Positions 59,760 through 64,000 of a DNA stretch of 64,000 bases are shown piece after piece; position 1 is the first letter of the stretch; each line of letters begins with the position of its first letter. The translations under genes were made by a program, and so were the position numbers. The notes beneath the pieces were generated by a model, which ran no database searches, was not told the origin of the DNA, and saw only the letters and a program-made list of their open reading frames with translations. The DNA is from an uncultured Acidimicrobiia bacterium (GTDB lineage: Bacteria > Acidobacteriota > Terriglobia > Versatilivoradales > Versatilivoraceae). Location of the stretch: assembly GCA_963786955.1 (NCBI GenBank), contig CAWBAT010000005.1:352001-416000 (forward strand), in the 5' to 3' direction.

Positions 59760-60758
59760 ATGTCTTTTCTAAAGAGAAAGCCGCGGATTGGGATCACTCT
59801 TGGGGACGTGGCCGGCATTGGACCCGAAGTCGCGGTTAAAGCCTCTCTGAGTCCCAGGGTTAAGCAAATTTGCACACCAATCCTGATCGGGGAATCCGCG
59901 ACGATTGAACATTACCTCCTGCAAGTAACCCCTGACAAGAAAATCCAGATCCTTGATGACCCAGATCAAGCGTCGCCAGAGACCGAACAACTTCAAATTC
60001 TCGACTTAAAAAATATCAATTTTTCACAGGTCAGGTTGGGGAAGATTAGCGCGATCTGTGGGAAGGCCGCTCTGGACTATATCCGGGCCGGAGTAGCCCT
60101 CTGCTTGAATCAGAAGCTGGATGCCCTGGTGACCGGGCCCATCCATAAGGAAGCGGCCCAGCAAGCAGGATTGAACGCCCCGGGTCATACCGAATTTCTA
60201 GCAGCGCTCTGCGGTGTACCGGAAGTGCGAATGCTTTTAGTGGTTAACCATCTGCGAGCCATGCATATCACGACTCACTTGAGCCTTCGCAAAGCATTGG
60301 AGTTTGTGAAGAAAGACAGAATTGTCGAGACGATTCGCTATGGCGCCGAGGCACTGAACTCGCTCCATATTCAGCGGCGACGTATTGCAGTCGCTGGATT
60401 GAACCCACACGCGGGAGAGAGTGGGATGTTTGGTACGGAGGAAATTGATGAAGTGGCTCCCGCTGTTAAGGCCGCGCGCGCTGAGGGGTTTGATGTGGAG
60501 GGGCCTGTTCCTCCCGACACCGTTTTTCATCGCATGAATCAAGGAGAATTCGACCTCGTCATCGCCCTCTACCATGATCAAGGACACATCCCCCTGAAAC
60601 TGATGGGATTCGATACGGGTGTCAACATAACGATCGGACTGCCCATCATCCGGACCTCAGTCGATCATGGGACAGCGTTCGACATTGCCGGGACTCTTCG
60701 GGCCAATCCTGAAAGTATGATCAAGGCCGTTGAACTGGCTTGTGTAATGGCGAGCTAG
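59760..60758 (+). CDS. pdxA: 4-hydroxythreonine-4-phosphate dehydrogenase family (PdxA/PdxA2)
   Basis: GD.AGIGPE, GPIHK, GHTE, GLNPHAGE, YHDQGH, RTSVDHGTAFDIA. Confidence 0.93.
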   Translation: MSFLKRKPRIGITLGDVAGIGPEVAVKASLSPRVKQICTPILIGESATIEHYLLQVTPDKKIQILDDPDQASPETEQLQILDLKNINFSQVRLGKISAICGKAALDYIRAGVALCLNQKLDALVTGPIHKEAAQQAGLNAPGHTEFLAALCGVPEVRMLLVVNHLRAMHITTHLSLRKALEFVKKDRIVETIRYGAEALNSLHIQRRRIAVAGLNPHAGESGMFGTEEIDEVAPAVKAARAEGFDVEGPVPPDTVFHRMNQGEFDLVIALYHDQGHIPLKLMGFDTGVNITIGLPIIRTSVDHGTAFDIAGTLRANPESMIKAVELACVMAS

Positions 60759-62007
60759 AGCAACGGGGCCAATTCTCCATTTCGATCGAGTGGCAACTCT
60801 CCCAGGTTCTCGAGAATCTTGAGGCTACTTCGATTCTGGATTTCGTCTAGGAAAGCTTCACTGGCAATGAATTGATCTAATTTAAGCGTGTTTTTGATCC
60901 AGACGAGTCGGGAACTTTCGGGTTCGGTACCGCAAGTTGAGAAGGCTACTTCGATAGCCTCACGATCCGTATCAAAAGAGGGCGGGATTCGAGCGGCTTC
61001 CACGTTCGTGCTGGTGATGGCATTCATGTACATCGGCTTGTAGTCGATCTTATTGACCAGGCGCTTCGTCACCAAATCCGCCAGCCCAATTCCAACCGCA
61101 TTGCCGTTCGATTCTTCAGTCAAATCACGAACAACAATCCGCGTGAAGAATGGCTTCGAAGGTGCCCCCTCCCTTTGAGTAATCGAGCGTCCAATGACGT
61201 TGGTATCCATCCCCGAACCGCTGATGTTTTTTCCCATCTCGTCAATGACCAGAACATCTCCCTGATCAAATGGAATACGGGCCAAATTGGTTTTTGCGAG
61301 CAAAAGCAATTGCTTCTCCCGCAACTCGATATCCGGCGCGGCAATCGCTTCGATAAAAGCCGTCTCATCATAAGCATTTTCAACAATCCCAAGCCCAAAA
61401 AGAACCTTGCAATTCTTTCCGCACAATCCCAGAGACGCTGCCAATCACGAGGTTGTAACCATATTTGATATTAGCGCGATGATAGATGTTGGCTCCTCGT
61501 TGCTTCCCTAAACCGATCACCATCATCTTGCATAGACCGCTTTCGATCTCACCGTTGAAATCGGTATGGGGTTTTACCCGATTCACGACTACGATGTGAT
61601 CGGCAGAGTGCGCATAGGCATCTACCAAGACTGGGATCCCCTGCTCGGTCTCTCCCACCTGAACAGTTTCCATCGTCGCCTGGATGGGGACACCCATGCT
61701 CGATTCGGTTATCCCGTAATGCTCTAAAACCAAACGTTGCCCTTCAGCGGTTCCGCCTCCATGACTTCCCATGGCAGGAAAGATGAAGGGACGGGTCCTA
61801 ACCCTTTGAGCTCATTAGCAACACTCTTGATGATCAATGCAATGTTGTTGATCCCCCGGCTTCCGCCAGTAATTGCGACGGTGTCGCCAGGCTTGATTCG
61901 GGAAGAAAGGTTCAGTTTGGAGATCTCTTGAGAAATCTTCGCGGGAATATCCAAGATATGGGTAGGATCAAATTTTGCTGCACGCGCAGCACTTTTGGAA
62001 AACTCAT
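60755..62007 (-). CDS. LarA (lactate racemase)-domain-like protein (split by indels)
   Basis: GSRGINNI, PAMGSHGGGTAEGQ, NRVKPHTDF, ESGLCKM..IGLGK..GA...H, GKNISGSGMDTNVIGR. Confidence 0.8.
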
Positions 62008-62183
62008 TTGGGTCGCTCCCTATAGAAAGTAAGGCTCATCCTGTATGATCCTGCAGTTCTAGATTCAACCCTAGCGGACTCAGCTAAATATATCACGATT
62101 TCCACGAAACAGGCTGTTCACAACTGATCGTTACCCATAATTCCAATCGCTGAACACAAGGAGTGGAGACAGTCGCGGCGCGA

Positions 62184-62240
62184 GTCCCCGAAGGGGACTA
62201 ACATGAGTAGTCCCGGGTGGCGCAGCCGCGTCACCCGGGG
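62184..62240. repeat. REP-like hairpin pair
   Basis: GTCCCCGAAGGGGAC and CCCGGGTGGCGCAGCCGCGTCACCCGGG. Confidence 0.5.
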
Positions 62241-62274
62241 GGAACGTAGTGTCAATTAGCCTTTGGCGAATGTT

Positions 62275-62778
62275 CTAGAAAATCCTGAAGGGACTGGCGC
62301 TCTTCGGGATCGAGCTTTTGCCAGAACGGCATGGTTTGAGCGCCCGTTCCCTTTCTTGGGGAGGCAGATTTTGAACTCGGCGTAACCGTTGAATGATGCG
62401 TTGCCGACGCTCAGGCGGCAAATTCTGCCAGCGCCGCTGGAATTTGCGAAGCCATTCTTGCTGCTCCGGGGTCATTTCACGAAATCGCTTTCCACGCTGT
62501 CGCAATCGCTCCTGTTGATCTGCAGGCAGTGATTGAAATTCTTTCAAGCGCTGCCGAAGCTTCTCTTGTTCCTCAGGGGAAAGCTGTTTGAACCATTTAT
62601 AGCGCTCCTTGAGTTGTCGCCGTTCTTCAGGAGTGAGATGACGCCCCCCGCTGCCCGGATGGACCTCCATGCCAGGCTCTTGGTTACCTTGGGCAAGATG
62701 AGTCACGGTGCCAGCAGGTCCCAGGAGACAGAAGAAACAAACCGTCAAGATTAATCGACAAAATAAATGGAGGCGCAT
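62275..62778 (-). CDS. DUF3106-like helical-repeat exported protein
   Basis: signal peptide; repeats LTPEER, LSPEEQ, MTPEQQ, WQNLPPERR, LPPQER; C-terminus probably frameshifted. Confidence 0.75.
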   Translation of the reverse strand: MRLHLFCRLILTVCFFCLLGPAGTVTHLAQGNQEPGMEVHPGSGGRHLTPEERRQLKERYKWFKQLSPEEQEKLRQRLKEFQSLPADQQERLRQRGKRFREMTPEQQEWLRKFQRRWQNLPPERRQRIIQRLRRVQNLPPQERERALKPCRSGKSSIPKSASPFRIF

Positions 62779-63422
62779 TAATCTGTAACCTTCTGTTTTG
62801 CAGCGTTTCGGTGATCCGCCACTTCAAAACTGTTCAGAATGTCGTAGTCTTGCAATAGATCCAGGTTTTCCAGCAGGGCCTGGTCCTCTTCAGGAATTTC
62901 CTCCTCTTTGCCCATCGGAGTTTCATTGTACCTTTTGTCCTGGGGAATTCTCAGCCTTGATCGACTCCTGGGTTTGGACAGAGGCCTCGCTTCGCGTGTT
63001 TCCTTTCTCTTTCGAAGACCCGAGATAGCGATCTTGAATCTCAATGACTTTTTGCAAAGTATTGAGCTCTCGATACTGTTGATGGCGAATCCCAATCCAG
63101 ACGCCCGCCGTGGTAATCAACAAAACCACGAGACTCCAAGCATAACGGTCAATCAGCCTTATTCTTCCCCAACTAAACCATTTCTTGCCGCTTCGGTTTC
63201 CAGTTCGTCAAGCCGGGCAAAGAGGCGAGCATCAAAAGATAAGAGAGGGCTCAATTGAAGCGAAATGCCAGGGCGCATGTCAACTTGCTCTTAGATTATC
63301 CAATTCATGAGCACAGATCATGCACCTCGCCGAGATGTTGCTTTATGGAATCCGATTCATCATTTGAGAGCTTCTGAATGCAAATAAGCACCCAGATTTT
63401 CGCGGACTTCTTGACAGGTCAT
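62778..63422 (-). CDS. zf-HC2 type anti-sigma factor (split by indels)
   Basis: MTCQEVRENLGAYL..IKQHL, TM segment, C-terminal LLENLDLLQDYDIL; follows ECF sigma. Confidence 0.7.
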
Positions 63423-63440
63423 ATTCAATTTCTCACCGTG

Positions 63441-64000
63441 CTAGGATCGAGCATCCACCATTTCGACGAGTTTCTGACGAAGTGTCGTATAGGCTCGAAA
63501 AATCAGCGATTTTACCGCTGTCTCAGAACACTTTAGAACTTCAGCCGTTTCCCTGAGAGAAAGATCCTGGTATTTGGTCAGAATCACCGCCAGACGTTGG
63601 TTCTCCGGTAAGGAGGCTAAGGCTCCCCGGATTTTTTTTATTTTCTCCGCCTCGATAAGTTGATCTTCTGCCAGAGATTTCCTGTCGGGCAACTCTATCT
63701 GGAATTGTTTTTCAGATTCACGGGTTCTTGATCCAGAGAAGAAGTCAAATGAGCTTTCCGATCCCTCACAAAATTCAAAGCACTATTGGTGGCAATTCGG
63801 TAAAGCCAGGTGGAAAAGGCGGCTTTTGCTTCGTAGGTCGATGCGGACTGAAAGACTTTGATGAACACTTCCTGTGCCAGATCCTCTGACTCTCCCGGGT
63901 TCGCCGTAAACCGGTAGATGAAATTTATCAATGGCTTACGATGCCGTTGAACTAATAGGCTAAAGGCCGCACGGTCCCCTTTTTTAACTCTCAACATGAT
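63441..64000 (-). CDS. ECF RNA polymerase sigma factor (5' end off window; indel near 63700)
   Basis: GDRAAF..LV, EDLAQEVF, FSTWLYRIA.N, LPENQR, AVKSLIFRA. Confidence 0.92.

Overview
A 64 kb core-chromosome window, probably from an Acidobacteriota genome (inferred from the 16S 5' signature CAGAATCAACGCTGGCGG and from gene content). Many genes, including essential or housekeeping ones (gltB, asd, proC, mtnA, mrp), are split by single-base indels, so these are most likely long-read consensus errors and I re-joined the genes by hand. In order: a TetR-TolC-HlyD efflux operon; a complete 16S-tRNA(Ile)-tRNA(Ala)-23S-5S operon; tilS-ftsH-folP-cdaA-cdaR-glmM; gatB, ygfZ-like, rhodanese, thioesterase, GH38 mannosidase, mtnA and a HAD phosphatase; an ABC exporter whose permease appears fused to an amidohydrolase; an SLT-like protein and an (alpha/alpha)6 glycosidase; a SAM-I riboswitch-controlled thrC-like/moeB-like/asd/sulfur-carrier operon; proC, mrp-DUF971 and hisJ; a cobalamin-riboswitch btuBFCD-like operon; a REP-flanked nucleotidyltransferase plus small ORF; gltBD, speA, Yip1, bcp, pdxA and LarA-like genes; and an ECF sigma/anti-sigma/DUF3106 locus. 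The best candidates for unusual biology are (1) the SAM-regulated operon, which looks like a protein-thiocarboxylate route to homocysteine/methionine, (2) the ABC-2 permease-amidohydrolase fusion, (3) a modular GTAG-REP repeat family with interchangeable arms, and (4) the REP-flanked NTase two-gene module. All family assignments come from motif recognition by eye; no database search was run.
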